From NCBI GenBank assembly GCA_977030845.1, contig OZ365110.1, positions 25,606,001 to 25,670,000 on the forward strand: a stretch of DNA of 64,000 bases, written 5' to 3'. Below, piece after piece: positions 33,501 through 48,196 of this stretch (the stretch's first letter is position 1; every line of letters starts with the position of its first letter). The translations under genes were made by a program, and so were the position numbers. The notes beneath the pieces are model-generated. The model did no database searches and was not told the DNA's origin. It saw only the letters and a program-made list of their open reading frames with translations. Source of the DNA: Fimbriosthenelais zetlandica. Taxonomy: Eukaryota.

Positions 33501-36500
33501 TAGACAGAGTGAGGAGCTGCAGACGTTTGTTAGGTTGTTGGAATCGTGATGTACATAGTATATTATTGTACAAGTATATATTGTAAATATTCAATTATTT
33601 TGAAGAATTCGTTTGAGGTGCAGGATTCATATAAAATTAATTGATGGCCCTGATCAAGGCGTTGTTTTATTTCCTTGACGATAGATTAATACAAATTAAT
33701 TTTTTTTTAAAAGGTGCTTTGATATTTTCTATTTTCTCAACTCAGTATAACTTTCGGGATGAGGAAAACTGCGATCTCGGCTACTATACATTGTAGATCA
33801 TTGTAGAGAAAAGGCAACGAGCCGCTGACACCGCCCCCTGTGACCACAACTCTGAACTAATGGTCACAAAGAGAGATGTACAAGCCTCGCTCCTATGATT
33901 GTCTTCAGAAGTGACTCCAATAATATTTTTGAGATCCATTTAGATGTAATCTGGAAAAAAAAAATGGTTGTGATGTAGAGATGACAGTGAATAAGATAGC
34001 CTAATTATAAGCATTCAATTAAATTAATCGAAGATTTAATCATCAGAACATATATGGATCATAAATTTATTTGATAAAACTTTCTCTGTATAGGTCTACA
34101 AAATACAAATTATAAGCGCAAATTAATGTTTAAGCTCTAAAATATAGTCAATATGCCAACGCGGGCAAAAATCCTATAGGGGCCTACAACCATTTGAACA
34201 TCCTCCATAAAATGAAGCGCCTTTTCAGAAATCCACGTGACTGTACATAGAATCACAGATCCGGGTATTTTAAGTATTAAGTCTAGCTAGTACAGTACAA
34301 TACCATAAAACCATAAATGTCACTTTTGAGTACTCCTGTCGAACAGTCAGATACTAGAACCTATAAAGATTATCGCTCTATTACATGTATATGCGATATA
34401 AGTATTATAGGTATAGGTTTGAAAAGCTAGATAGATTTGATCTAATATATTATGTTTATCTAAACATAGAACATACATTATTATATTTCCTCCCCAATCT
34501 CGCCTCAACACATAATTCTGCAGTCAACCACCACGTGTAGACTTATGTTCCCACAGGCAATAAATGCAATACAAATATTATAATATCGTCCCGGCCTTTG
34601 ATCTATATGTTACTTTTAGAATATAGGCCTAAGCGTTTTAATGCCCTCAACATAGCGACCGGGATAGATTTATTATATTGTAATTTGGTTTGGATCCTCA
34701 ATCCACCGTACTTCCATGACACACCCCCTCTATAAAAAAAGGCCCAAGCACTGAATCAAAAACATGACCCATTTTTTTTTAATAATCCAGATAGATAACC
34801 TATACTTTTGTTTTATAGGTTCCTCGTACATGAAGACCAATTTTATGCAATTTTCTATAGCATTTATAAGGATTATTTCATACATATTCCTTACAAAGTT
34901 ATTTATTTCAAAAACACTCCAGGCCCCCCGGACCCCTCAGTTGTCGACCCTAAGATGTATCCAATGGTTATATTAAATATAGCCTTTGTCAGTCCAAGAG
35001 TTAAAATGTTATAGGTTCAGAGCTAGCATGCATGCCAAAAGAGACTAACTGACGCTCGGTGACATGTTGCCTTAGATAAACAGAATTATAATTTCTTTGT
35101 TATATGTAATCTTCCAACAAAAACATAGAAGAGAGCCAGTTGATCTTATCCAAGCTTAGTGCGTGGCACCTAGTATTTAAATGGCGTGATGCGTCAGATA
35201 TTAAAACAGAAATAAAATAGAAAATAAAGTAGCCCTACTTATTGAAATGTAGTAAATACATGATCAAACTAAGAACAAGTATTTTCACGATCCCTCAAAT
35301 AATTCTACACAAGATACAATATCTATATACAAGTAAACCTATAAAATTTTAAAAGTAAACACCCTTTTTATACAACAGTGTCGAATCGACGGCTACCGCC
35401 CTCCAAAATATTTTTAATGTTGTATTTCCTTCAATACAAAGACAATCAAGTAATGTCTTTCAAATAAATTGGAAGTGTAGAGTGCAGGCCCGGGTTTCTA
35501 GGTAGACGGCCAAAATCATTTCAATTCATTCACCAACAAACTTCATGGACAATAGAGTTGGATATAATAGTACCTATACACACAGTCTATCATAAACTAT
35601 ATTGTTAATATTGTCAACACAATACACAATACAAAATGGTTTAGGTCGCGCCATGTTACCTCCCCAAGTACGCCCCCTGAAGCTGACTGTACGTACAGCA
35701 TATCAAATTACAACATGGGGAACGGACGATTGGATCAAAATACGATTTACTTCCAAAATATCAAATCAAAACCACTGAAGAATTTCACAGTGTGGGGCAT
35801 GCTGAAATTAATGCGAGAGATTTTGCTGAAACCCCCAAAATCTGAGTTCATAGATCGAGCAGTGGGGTGCATGGTCTAAACCCGGGGTTTATAATATAAT
35901 TAGATAAAATTATAACCTTAAACGTTTAAATAAACTCAATTATTACTCTGTGTGAACACATGGAACCAATGTGACCCACATACTCTGCCCTCGGTCACCC
36001 CTTTGTGAGGGCTGGAATTGGCCAAGTAAGGCAAACTTTATAAAGGCGATATACACTATGATATTGGGATCTGTGCCAAACCACGACCAAGCAAGGTCTT
36101 TTTAACAACGTAACTTCCAGATTTCATAATAATATATCATAATATATTTGTTTGAATTGCTCGAAAATGAATTAAAACATGATGAAACACGCTATTAGAC
36201 CTACTACTAAACTACCATGATAATGATAGCTAGTGTCAAACGTGCGCGCGTGATCCAAACCCCATGGGCAGACCGACATGCATGTTCATCCGACATACGT
36301 TGTACAATGATATGCTTTGAGCTGAACAAGCAAAAAAGCACTTTGGATAAAATGTTCCTTGCGTGTATACATTTAAAATTGCTTACATGATTCTACAAAA
36401 ATGAATTTTAAAAACCTTACAAAAAGTTATCCCATTTCGGAGATAAATACCTTTGATGCGCATAAATTTGATAATTCATTAAATTCATTAAAAGTTATTT

Positions 36501-39500
36501 TGACAATGCTTACCTCTGAGAACTGGTGACTTGTTACCAGTCTGTTACCAACTCCTATGATCGAGCGTCCGTCCAATCGTGACCAATGAACGCGTGAATT
36601 ACATTTACAACCAGGACGTTTCCTCGTGATATCAAGTCAGCAAATCAAAAATAGCTTTTCGACTGACGCTGCTATAACAAGATAGCATGGGCATTTAGGA
36701 ATTAATCCCAGGATTTTATCATCAGGGGAGGTGTGTGCCCCTCTACACCTCCTCCTTCGAGTCCCTCGGTCGTTCTGGGCGCTAGTCTCAGGGACGCCCA
36801 CTACCTTTCCTTCCCACCGGAAACAATGGCTGAAATCCCCCACCCCTACTAGGGGGCGGATACTGTATCCGGCCCGGGCATGCTCCACCAGGGAGAGCGG
36901 GCAGCTGGGGGTCCTCTGGCGGGTGTTTTACTAACCATTCATGGCTCCCAGCAAGGTCATGACTGATGGGATATTCTCATATATCAAATTTACAACTTTA
37001 ATATGCAGGCCTATATGTTATGGGCTACATTAGGACATGTTTAGGCCTACATGCAGAGTTTCATTGGGCAAGAGTCTCAATACACATGGGTTGACAATAC
37101 AAAAGCCACAAATTACTTCCTTACCATGACTAATGGAGGGGGAATGTTGCCATGAAGACGTGTGAAGATAAAAAAAAAAATCGGAAAAATACATAACGAG
37201 GAAGTGGGTTACTACTATACTAGGCCAATAATGTTGACTTATATAGTGTTTGAGAAGGGTCGGAAGGGGTTCTATCTTGCGGCACAAAATATTACTATAA
37301 CACGTGCATTGGGTGGGAGTGGGGGTGTTGGTCATAAGTGGATCTAGAACAACCCTCTCTGGATCTTCACTAACTTACCCGGTACACTAATTAGAGACTT
37401 ATCCAAAGATATTTCGAGTGTATAATTATCCTAACTCTCTGATAAAAAAAAAAGGTCAAATGTTGTTCAAAGAAATCCCCCTGCTCCCCATCCCACCCCC
37501 ACCCTTTGAATCACAGAAGGCGTTTGTGAAACTGTCCTCTCTTGCAACAAGTTTCAACATGATTTCCAAAATAAGTCAGCTTGTACTCTCCCTATTTGTG
37601 GGACATATTCTATTTTAATACCTTATGTATATAATCTCTGCCCAATGAGCAACTCGGGGAGGCGTTTAATTTGACCGTGTTTCGAACTATATCTAAATGA
37701 GTCCTGTCTCCGAAATCTAATGGAATAGTTAAGTAAGTAGGATCATGAGAATTGGGATTGTGGCTATACAATAATTATTCAATTGTATAGAAAAGACCCT
37801 ATATGAGAGTTAATTTAGTCTTAGAGATCAGGTATCCGCGGTCTAGCATCATAGTTAACCATGGTGACCAACACGGACACGTTGTTAATCGACTGGTCCT
37901 GGACCCAGATCAAGTCTCGCTTGGGGAAGATCATGTTTGCGAGAGTTCAAAGAGAGTTTGACTGAGAACCCAACACCCCAATCCCCTGTATCTTGGTCTC
38001 TGATAGTGTTATAGTCACCATATTGTTTGATGCTGTATACTTTTGTACATATATATATTGCTGAACATATTTGTAAAGTGGACAGTAAATATTATCATGT
38101 GAGAGGCATATATACCAATAAAATAACCAACCTGTACCTATACCCACCAAAAGTATCCTTTCAACAAACATAATTTTGCTCTCGTTAATGACCCCCAATA
38201 TGCAAAGAGTCTGTACTCAAGCCTTGTCCTTGAACCGCCAGTAAGTTTGTAGTGTCAATAAAAAACACTAAAGGACTTGGGAAAGTGTAGAATAGAGTCT
38301 GGTGATTTTAGGCGTGTTCCTGCATGCCGCTTTAAAAGTAACCAAATAAATGATTTAGGCAGGTACTGTGTGAACCGATCTGCAATTGCCGGGAAAAGTC
38401 GAGGTACAACTACATGTACAATTTGAGAGTATCTACGCTTTTTACTAAAATTCGAAACAATCATCCGATACACAATAGGCGTCTAATGCGACGCACAAAG
38501 TAAAGAACATTTGTATATATAATATAGTTGCATCCAATTATACTGGTGAAAATTAACTCTAAACTCTAATATTACAGTAACTTCATGGAATATTTCGTAT
38601 ATTTGAACAATTCCACAATTGACAGTTATCTGAACGTAAGTCTCGGTAAATAGTTAAAGGACATTTATAATATTAACTTTGGCAGGAAATCTTTTAGCAC
38701 CACCCAGTAAGAAAAACTAACCTGATCAGAAAAAAGTGTCAATCTCATGGAAAAAGTTTAGATAAACATTCTCAACCTCAAATGAACATAGGCCTACTAA
38801 TTTTAACTTGACCCATTTTAATTTGACCTTCAGGAACGTGAACATAACTGGGCCATTCACGATATACAATGAAAAGGTCATAGTCCAATTTATAGACATC
38901 AAACTCAAAGCAAAGAGTTGTCAATGGAATAATATTTCAAAAGCTATTAATATATAACAATATAAAGAGTAAGGGACAATATGTGACTTATTTCTATCAC
39001 ATGTGACTTATAGCTATATAATATTACATGGCCAATACAATTATACGCAGTACCATATAATATGACAGTGGTGGACGGATTGTTCTTGAAACACAGTATT
39101 ATCCATTGTATCTACATGTATGTACCAAGTAGAGTTTAACCATCTGGTCCCGATTCTAGGATTCATTACTAGAGCATTTATGGAGTTATTCCCCTAAGGG
39201 TGACCTACATGAGTGTACAATGTAAGATAATGCATATAGAGTGTAATTAAGCAACAAATAAGCCTTTTGTTATAATAATTACAATGTACAACATGTATGT
39301 ATGAACGCATCATTACAGGACCGGTATACAAAAATTAATTAAAATATAATTTCGAAAAATAAAATTAAAATATAATTAAAATATAATTTCCTGTAATATT
39401 TTTTAGTTATATCACGACGTTGCCTACTTGTGATAGTGAGTCCTATACTCTTTTGGTTCTGTAATATATATGATGTTATGTTGACCAGTAATTGCACCCT

Positions 39501-39549
39501 ATTTGAGTGCAGAGGAACCAGTTATAAAGCCATTGTGAGGTTTTCTAGA

Positions 39550-42500
39550 CTAATAGATATCCTGGCTATAGTCAGTGATGTGAATGGCCGCACTGATACC
39601 GGGCCGACTCTGGACGAGCTGCAATAAAATACACCAAATCTGCCATTAGATCCAATAATATCTGAAATATCTAAGATATGCCAGTTAATTTTGCATACTG
39701 ATATACATGAATACTGATAATACATCATGGAAATCGTTTAATAAATTGTTCTTTATTCCTCGTCCTAAATTATTCCCTTACCTTGAGTTTGGACATGACG
39801 TCACGGTACTGACGCTGGTGGTCGGGACTACTTATGTTATGAAAGTAGTCACTGATACTAAGGCGTATCCTTACACACCGCAGTTTGAGCAAAGTACCTA
39901 AACAAAAAATGCTTAGAAATGAAAACCAAATATTTACAAATTCCCTTGCAAGAAAATAATTGCTATTTCTTCCAATATGAGTGATACCATACAAACTTTT
40001 GATCGTACGGCTCGAAATGGAAAGAAACATAAGGTAATGAAACCAATCCCACATATCTTGACCTTTTTTCTAAGCGACATTGAAAGCCGACATGCATATC
40101 TTGGCAGTGAGCTCAACTCCTAATATAACACACGCGTTCGTCATCACTTATCACATGGTTATACTAACGTGATCAATTTTGATATTATTTTTGAAAAAAG
40201 TTTTTTCTCCATGGTATGAGGTTATTTCGTTCTTTTTGCGCCCTCAATCATGGGAGAAAGGGGCGGATTGCAGGATAAAAAGTGTGCTAAAAATAAGGAG
40301 GTCGGAACTCTAGAATTAGAATTTAATCTAGGCTTGTGTATGTGATTTAATGAAGTGGCTCATTGTGTTACAGGAATACATTAACAAGCAGTGAGGCTTT
40401 GTTACCATTACCACCTCGCCTCACTGAGTGTGCATGTAATCTGATAGGTCAGCTAAACCGACACATATTCATGATCTACACAACACGGTGTTGATTACAT
40501 CAACAAGTACAGACATGGATGATGAAGGACACATTTTGAGGTGGGAAATCACTCCTATTGTCCTGTAAATTGTTTTCTGACCTATTAAGCAGTGTTATGT
40601 AATATTTCAGGTCTAAATGGTCCATGAAAATGTATGAATTCTTAGCAAGACTATATTAGGAGATGAACTTACAAAAGCTAACGACTCTCGAACCCACCAA
40701 CATGCGAAACACATGTACCCTTCTCTTTCCGTTGCCCAGGCATATTTCGTTTCAAAGTAACTTCATGTTAGAGCAAAGAGATTTGGGGACACTAGGTATA
40801 ATGGGTATTATAGAAAAGTGCTTGTACTTACTGACTATATGTAGGAGGGCCTTTGGTGTGACAGGTGTGAAGGAAAACTCGAGGGTTGTCAGTGCTTGGT
40901 AACCATAGCGACACATGACAACAGCGTCCTCCTCCGTCAACTCACACATGTGGTCCAACTCCAGCACTTGTAGTGAGCAGCAAGATTTGGCTGAATCAAA
41001 GAATAATAATAATAAAAAAAAAAACATTCAAAATTAAAGTCAAAAAAATGTTTTATTAAGAATGATAAACTAAAAGCATTTCAATGAAGTCAAGACGCCT
41101 TGACCATATACATTTAATAAAATAATAATTGAATTTTTAATCCAATATTTTATACCTAGCATAGAGAGGCCTTTCACTGTTATTTCTCGCCCGCCCATAC
41201 AGAGCACAGCTAGACGTGGCCAGCAGGCTGCCACCTTCTGTAGAGTGCGATCAGTGAACCGTGACGGATGTGCACTGTACCAAAGAAAACATAAATTAAA
41301 CAACAATGGCATGGCAAATATGTATATTAAAAAAAGGGATGTGTTTGATTAAGGAGATTTGGTATAGACAATATATGGTGTAAATTGAAGCATACGGGGT
41401 TAGCTTTTTAAATACTTAGAAGGCAGATGTATTTAATTTCTCAAACTCATTTCTCATCCCTCATCGGGAGCAGGGACCAACATATAGTCCACATTGTGCT
41501 TTCATTTTTCATTCACACTTCTATATATTCTCTGGTATTAAACAAATCCACTACAAAACACTTTGACTGGAATGTGAGATTGCTTACTTTGGATATTTGG
41601 GAGGAATGATAAGAGTTTGGACGTTTCGGCATCCAGCGCCCAATGCCCAAATGACCTCTGAACCCACGGGATCCAAGTCACTGATGTAGGCCACTCTTTC
41701 CAGGTGGCGACAGTGGCAGCTTGCCAACCAGAGACTCCTATAATACAAAATAGAAAATCTATCTTTACTAGAAAATACATCTATATATTAGGACATATAT
41801 TACTTGAGGCTTTTCCAACTTTCTGACTACTATGATGAGACATGTTTATGTAATATTTCTGCTAATCCAATGATAGTTCTGTAGTTACCTGTCTGTAAGT
41901 ATCTTAGAACAGTCGACTATACTCAGAGACAGCAGCGTTTCACATCCAACAGACAGCAGGGACTCTAGCCCTGCCTCCAGGCTCCCTCTGTGGGCAGAAA
42001 TGGAAATTAAACATGAGTAAAAGGTACAGAAAGACACACCCATGCAGCAAGCCAGTCGACGTTACAAATATCACGGGTCGTAACAAAACAATTGACAAAG
42101 ATGTAGATCGTGAATCTGTAGGCTATTTAAGCATAGACCTAGGTCTATTAATTTAGTAAATAGATCTATAATATGAAAAATATTAAGTCTACCTTAAACT
42201 TCGTTTATAGCTTTCCTCATCTTCAGTTTTTCGTTGAGGACGACCTGAAAGTCCTGAAACAGAGATGGTGTGTATAAACTCTAAAGTAATATTATAAAGT
42301 ATCTGGGCATGGGTGGTCAAACTCAAAATAGTCTAAAAGTTTACCGAGATGAAGTCTAAGTGAGGAGTGCTGGTATTTTGATCAACAGAATAAATTTACC
42401 TTTGAGAGTGAGAGACTGAACCTGGGTGCACCATTGTGACAAGGTGAAGAGAAACTGAAAGTGTAAAGTTTTACTTAAAAGGTTGAGTAAGTGAACGTTA

Positions 42501-45500
42501 ATAGCATGCAATTGAAAGTGTTGAATCCTGAGTAATCACGAATGTGAGCTGGTATTCACCCATAACAGGCTCTATAAAAATTTAAAAAAAAAAAAAATCA
42601 CCTCACCTGTGATGTTACAAACGCCCCTATAAGACATACACGCCGCCAAAGTTCCGGTTTCCGACTGACGTCACGCCATTCACGACATACTAACGACATT
42701 CGGCATAATGTCGGAGTATCTAGGTAACCAAACACCAGGGATAAAACTTCTAGTCTTCCATCAGGCCCTGCAAGAGAAATCTCTGAATGATTAAAGAAAT
42801 CTCAAAAGATACCAAAGATCCAGTAATAGGATATTTTCATTTTGATGACTTCTATGATATAGTCCTATAAGATAGAGTTATGTTTTGGTCAAAAAGCGTA
42901 GCTTGTTTTACATACCAAGCAGAAAGAGGGCATTAACTGAATGACTGATGTCATAAGCAGCTGGATGTGACGTCATGGAATCATTCTTCATTACAGCAGG
43001 TGTCATGTTACAATTCATATTATCCTAAAATTTTAATAAAGAGAAATACCAAGTATATAAAATATGAGGTAGCAGTCATAAATGTCCCAAAATGATCAAA
43101 ATATATTTATTCAATAGATCTCGTGTCAGATCAGATAATTTATTTCTAAAATCTACTCGATATCAGAGAATGTTGTAATGAAAGACACATCTAGTGTAAT
43201 AAAGTGAAAAATATAATATACATGTACAACAAACATGCAGAGATATTTGAACACAGGGAAATATTAAGTGCCAAGAATTTAGTGAATTTAGACATTTTTC
43301 TGCACAGAACGTGAAGTGCCATACTCACTACGTGAAGTAACAAAGTGCTAGACGAGCTGTGACCAGACAAAGTACACTTCCTGTCACTCAACATGGGCTC
43401 CACGCCTTCCTCCCCTGAACTCTGCCCACTTTCCTCGTCTCTATTTTTCACAGGCCAGTCTAAATTTTCCACAATTATTTCCCCGGGGGAGAGGGGGGAC
43501 ACAAACGTTTGTGGATTGACATACGAAAGGTTGTACGGGGTGGGGCTTACAGGGGTACTGTCATTATTCAGGGTTGAATCTGCCTTGGAGGCGGGGCTAA
43601 TATTAGCTTGTGTACTGACAGAATAGTAACCACTTGTGGCGCTCCTCCCAGAAGAAGCAGGTGGTGTAACCATTGGGGATGGTAATGCAGTTTTGGGGGC
43701 GTTTCTTGAAGTGGGTGGAGTTTCAGGGGGCGTGGCTATCTTGAGCGGTGAGAGAGGGGGCGTGGCATACTGAGACACTGAGGCACTTGAAAGGTTAACC
43801 TTTGCTCCATATTCCTTTGGCACATCACTTTTTTCCCTAAGACTGACATAAAGAAAAAAAATACTCAAATAAACCATTTATAACCTATGAGATCGGAATG
43901 ACATCCTTATAACAGAATAGTAAGAAAACAGGAAACAATTATCCCGGAAATATACACTAAAACATCGACGAAATCTGTAGTGAATTTTGTAAATCTGAAC
44001 CAATGTGATACACATACAACAAAAATCACATTACCACATCTATACTGAAGCAATCTAAACGAACAAGTACAATAGTTTTTAAACACAACGGCAAAAACAC
44101 ACACATATTATAGGACCTACAGGTGTATTGAAATACATGTATTCCTTTCTTATTTCATATAACCATGCACATTATTCTAGTGACAACAATGTTACAAATT
44201 AATTTCCATGTCTAGGTGTGTTCAGAGGGCCCCAAGTCTATTTTACAAAATTGTCTAATAATAATAATAATAATAATTCACAAAGATTAATGACCCTCAG
44301 ATGAGCACCCCAAAACACCCCCTACATTTCTGGATCTGTATAATATTAGTAATGTTAATAAACGCATTTCAGTGTATAACATGTTAGTTACTAATAGAAC
44401 CAATGACTGCCTTCGGAGATTAGATAACACACTAAAAAAATAGGGTAAGGGAGAGAGCAAAGCGAGGACCATGCTTGCCTTTGGTGCAATTCTTGATGGC
44501 AGGTCTGCAACTACAACAATATAGATGGAGCTAGAGAGGCGTTGGTGGATCAAAGAACTAACAGATATGGCCATGTCTATTCAAATTTCCATTAAAAGAT
44601 ATTTTACACATTTTTATCCAAATTATAATTTAAGAATCATGCATTATGGACCTAGGTTTGGACATATATTGGTAACAAGTGCAAGTCGTACTATACAATG
44701 TATAGTAATTTCGTTTCTCATTTAAAAAAAAGGTAGATGTAATTTAATTTCATTGATTTTCAAATTAAATTTCAGGTAGACCGGTAGCGGGTAGGCCTAC
44801 TTCTAGGCTAGAGAATTAGACTTGTCGAAAACAGCCTAGTATTAAAATAAACAAAATACGGTACACAATACACGATACACAATTCAAGAAGGTTCATAGC
44901 AACGTCGTCATATGGCGCGCTAGTAACGGTAACCATGGAAGCTACTCTATGGCAACGCGTTCCCGGTCACGTGATTCCATGGTCAAGTTCAGGCTGTGGT
45001 GCCTCACTCACATCACAAACTACGACACATACCAGTATATCGCTCCACTTCCACACCCCACCAAATCGCAAATAATTAACAAAACCACATAAAAACTTGT
45101 AAGGATTCAGAAAAATATCCCTAAATCAGTATGGTGATATTTAATTTACATTCAATTCATAATTCTGAACAATATAAATGATAGAGTTGCGGCACAACGT
45201 CCTGGAGAAAAAACTTGGCACAGTGCCAGACGCATGGAACGTTCATGACGGACAAGTTAAAATCTAGTTATGGCCAAATAAAACGCCATAAATCACGAAT
45301 AAATAATTTTTAAAAATAAAAATAAATTAGACAGTGCAAATTTACACATGTTACTCCGTGTCGTATTAAGTTTCTATGCATTTATTCCATGGAGAAATGT
45401 ATTTTATCATAAGTTGAACTTCAGTGTCAACAGTGAGGTGAAATAACGATCCCGGGCGATACCGGCACGAGAGCCAAGTTCTTGACGGCGCCTGCTCGGG

Positions 45501-47924
45501 CACGTGCCGCCAAGCGGTCACGGGGGCGAGGCGGTCTTGTTACAGTTACGCGACCCCTAAGAATATTTAGTCTCACTCGATCTTACGATCTCGAGAAACG
45601 AAATAAAAATCAGAAGAATTATTTAATTGGAGTCATGGCTATTCAGTACAAAATTTCTTTTACTAAAATGACAATAATTACCTCAAAACATTTCTGAATT
45701 ATAATTTGTTCACATTATTTTTGATTCAAAGTAATAGTTAGATTCGGTCATACCTTTCCTTCCTTGGGCTTCTTGGTGGCTAAAAAACATAATTAGCAGA
45801 ATAACGACACATTTTTTAGTTCAGAATCTAATATACATTGTAATAAATCTAGTCATGTTTCTTGAAAATATATTACTTAGTCATAAATCTTACAATATTT
45901 GCTTCATCGGAATAAGATACAATTATATCGATATCAAAAGCATCTATTAAATGGACTGATACCTGGAGTATAAGAGTAGCATGGGTATGAGGTTGAGGTA
46001 TTTGACTAGTCTCCGTGTACTTTAGTTGACGTAAGGTCTCCTCAGCGCGTTCAGCACGCTCTGTTAACCCTGATATATAAAGCTCTAACTGAGCCTTGGC
46101 CGTGCCTTCCTCCCGTGCCGCCTCGTCCAGGAACGTCGACAGTTCATATACTTCCCTATGGACATACATAATAGACAATACACTTATTAACTAATTTTAG
46201 AATAACATGGGCTATGATGACTAATGTCTGAAATGTTCTCAAGAAATTACTTTTAAAAATTTAACGTTTGAAAAATCAATTTTATGAAATGAAGGAAGAT
46301 GTACGGTGTTAAACATCTCATTCGCAATAAAATTAATGGTATCAAAAATTATATTATTTAATAAATAATTTATATTCATGGCATATTTCTATGGCAAAAA
46401 TCTAAAATTAATCTAAACGAATTACATGAGTGATTTTTGTACCTCTCTTTGTCTTTGATCATTTTATCCTTCCCCCACACCTGTTCAGTGAGAGTAGCCA
46501 TTTTTTCAGCCTGTTTGTCATTGTCCCGGTGAAGATGAGAAACTTTTCCCAACAGTTTCCTCCTCTCAGACCGCAGGATCTCCAGCTGACCCTTCACATT
46601 TTCCAGACGGCCGTCCTTGGTCTTCAGTTCAGCACGCAGGGTGTTGATCAAATCACTCTGTTTTTGGACCACAGTGTCTGCAGATTTCTTCAGTGAGTCT
46701 ATATGGTCCCGAGCTTGTGTCAAAGCCTTAGACATGAGTACACCAGACGGGGAATGGGACTGTTTATCATGGTCGATATCTATTTCCAGTCCTGATACTG
46801 AGAGGTTGAGGTCCTTCACTGAGAGAGGCTTGGACACGTCTTGATCCATTTTACCATTGATTGGATTTGGCGACGGTCCATCGACTGGGATAGCAGAACC
46901 GTATCTGGTTTGACCTCCATTAACATTTTGAAATAATGGCTGAGACTGACCAGCCTCAGGTTTAATCTCAGATATATTAAACCTCTGTAAGGCAGGCGCA
47001 TCCGGGGACCTACTCCTAGAATATTTAGACACATTTGGCCTCATATTATCACCAATAGGTGTGGACCAAAATGGACCATCCTCACTTTCCTCAAATCTTA
47101 ATCTCGGCCTGGGTTTGTCTAGATTTATAGAATCTCTGGCCTCCTGGTTAATTGTTCCCTCTTCTCCGTTAACATCGCGTGTCATACTATTTGATCGACT
47201 GGTTGTGGTTTTCCCATACTTCAGACGGTGCCGTGTTTCCTGTGCCTGTGCATCCCTCAACTGTTGCTCGAGAAGCTCTCTCTGTCGTATGAAACTTTGA
47301 GTCAAGGGAGAGAGGCGTCCTGAAGACTTTTTGCGGACACTCCTAGTGTTAGAACCACTGGAAAATAAAATGGCATTTTTAACAACTGTTATTCGAACTA
47401 CCGGTACTGATTAAATAGGCAATAAAATTAAAATTTTTAAATGATAAATAGGCTAACTTAAATTTTAGACCAAGGGCAATAAAATTATAATAGAGCCTAC
47501 AGTACAGTGGCCTACACGTCTGAATAATTTTATTAATTAGGTGTATAAAATTTGTATCAGGGGTGAGTCCACTTCCCCCAGTGTCATCCCTTTTATTACT
47601 AGGCGTATATTAGCGATTATAATAATATTCGGGTTTTTTTGTTTTGTTTTTTTTTGTTTACAAAAATCCCATGTCAAACAGGATAAAAAAAACTTCCTCT
47701 TAGTCTTAGATTACCCTTAGAGTAAGGATTACCGTAGACAAAATATTCGTCTCGGGTCCCATTCCCGAGTGGGGACAGCTATGCAGGCTAGGATTACCGT
47801 ACCTGTATGAATGTTTGGTAGCTAGGTGTTCACGTAGACCATCAAGGGTGGAGAAGTTTGCATTCTTGTCGCATCTTGGACAGCGATATGGCAGCAGGGA
47901 GAGGTCCATGTCATTGGCCACCAT
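39550..47924 (-). CDS. FBXO41: F-box only protein 41 (N-terminal C2H2-like finger, coiled coil, F-box, LRR-like C-terminus)
   Basis: Exons 47924-47803, 47357-46443, 46155-45963, 45779-45754, 43836-43329, about 42985-42916 (tentative), 42767-42607, 42454-42400, 42253-42193, 41987-41889, 41737-41588, 41274-41156, 40990-40832, 39897-39782, 39618-39550. Motifs LPYRCPRC, F-box VFGYLDTPTLCRMSLVCREW, SQWCTQ, LEAGLESLL, ILTDRSLWLASCHC, DPVGSEVIWALGAGC, LQVLELDH and TPVTPKALLH match recalled human FBXO41. Confidence 0.93.
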
Positions 47925-48196
47925 GACTGAAAATCATATTTGATAGGATTTTTTTTACAGAATGTATCGTATTTGTAGGGCTACAACTGCCACGCAGAGC
48001 AACTCATTTATACTGGTGACATGATGACTGAGTGACTTGTGACAAGTTGTGTCAGTGAGTGAGAGGTCTGTTGCCAACCAAGTTTCTTGACTCTACTCTA
48101 GTCTCTAACATATTTTTTTAGCTACTATATAGTTATACAAATTCAAACATAACAATGTGAAGCTAATATCAATATGTTAACTCCACTTCCACTCAC

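Noticed and set aside
36680-36790. tRNA-like TTCGAGTCC and a minus-strand CTGATGA
   Set aside because: No cloverleaf or A-box geometry, and no hammerhead GAAA core.
37830-37975. GC-richer patch with 34-aa (+) and 37-aa (-) ORFs
   Set aside because: Short, with no recognisable motif or convincing splice sites; cannot be distinguished from a decayed repeat.
44287-44574. 95-aa minus-strand ORF / possible GC-donor microexon in FBXO41 intron
   Set aside because: Not needed for frame continuity, no similarity to FBXO41, and weak splice evidence.
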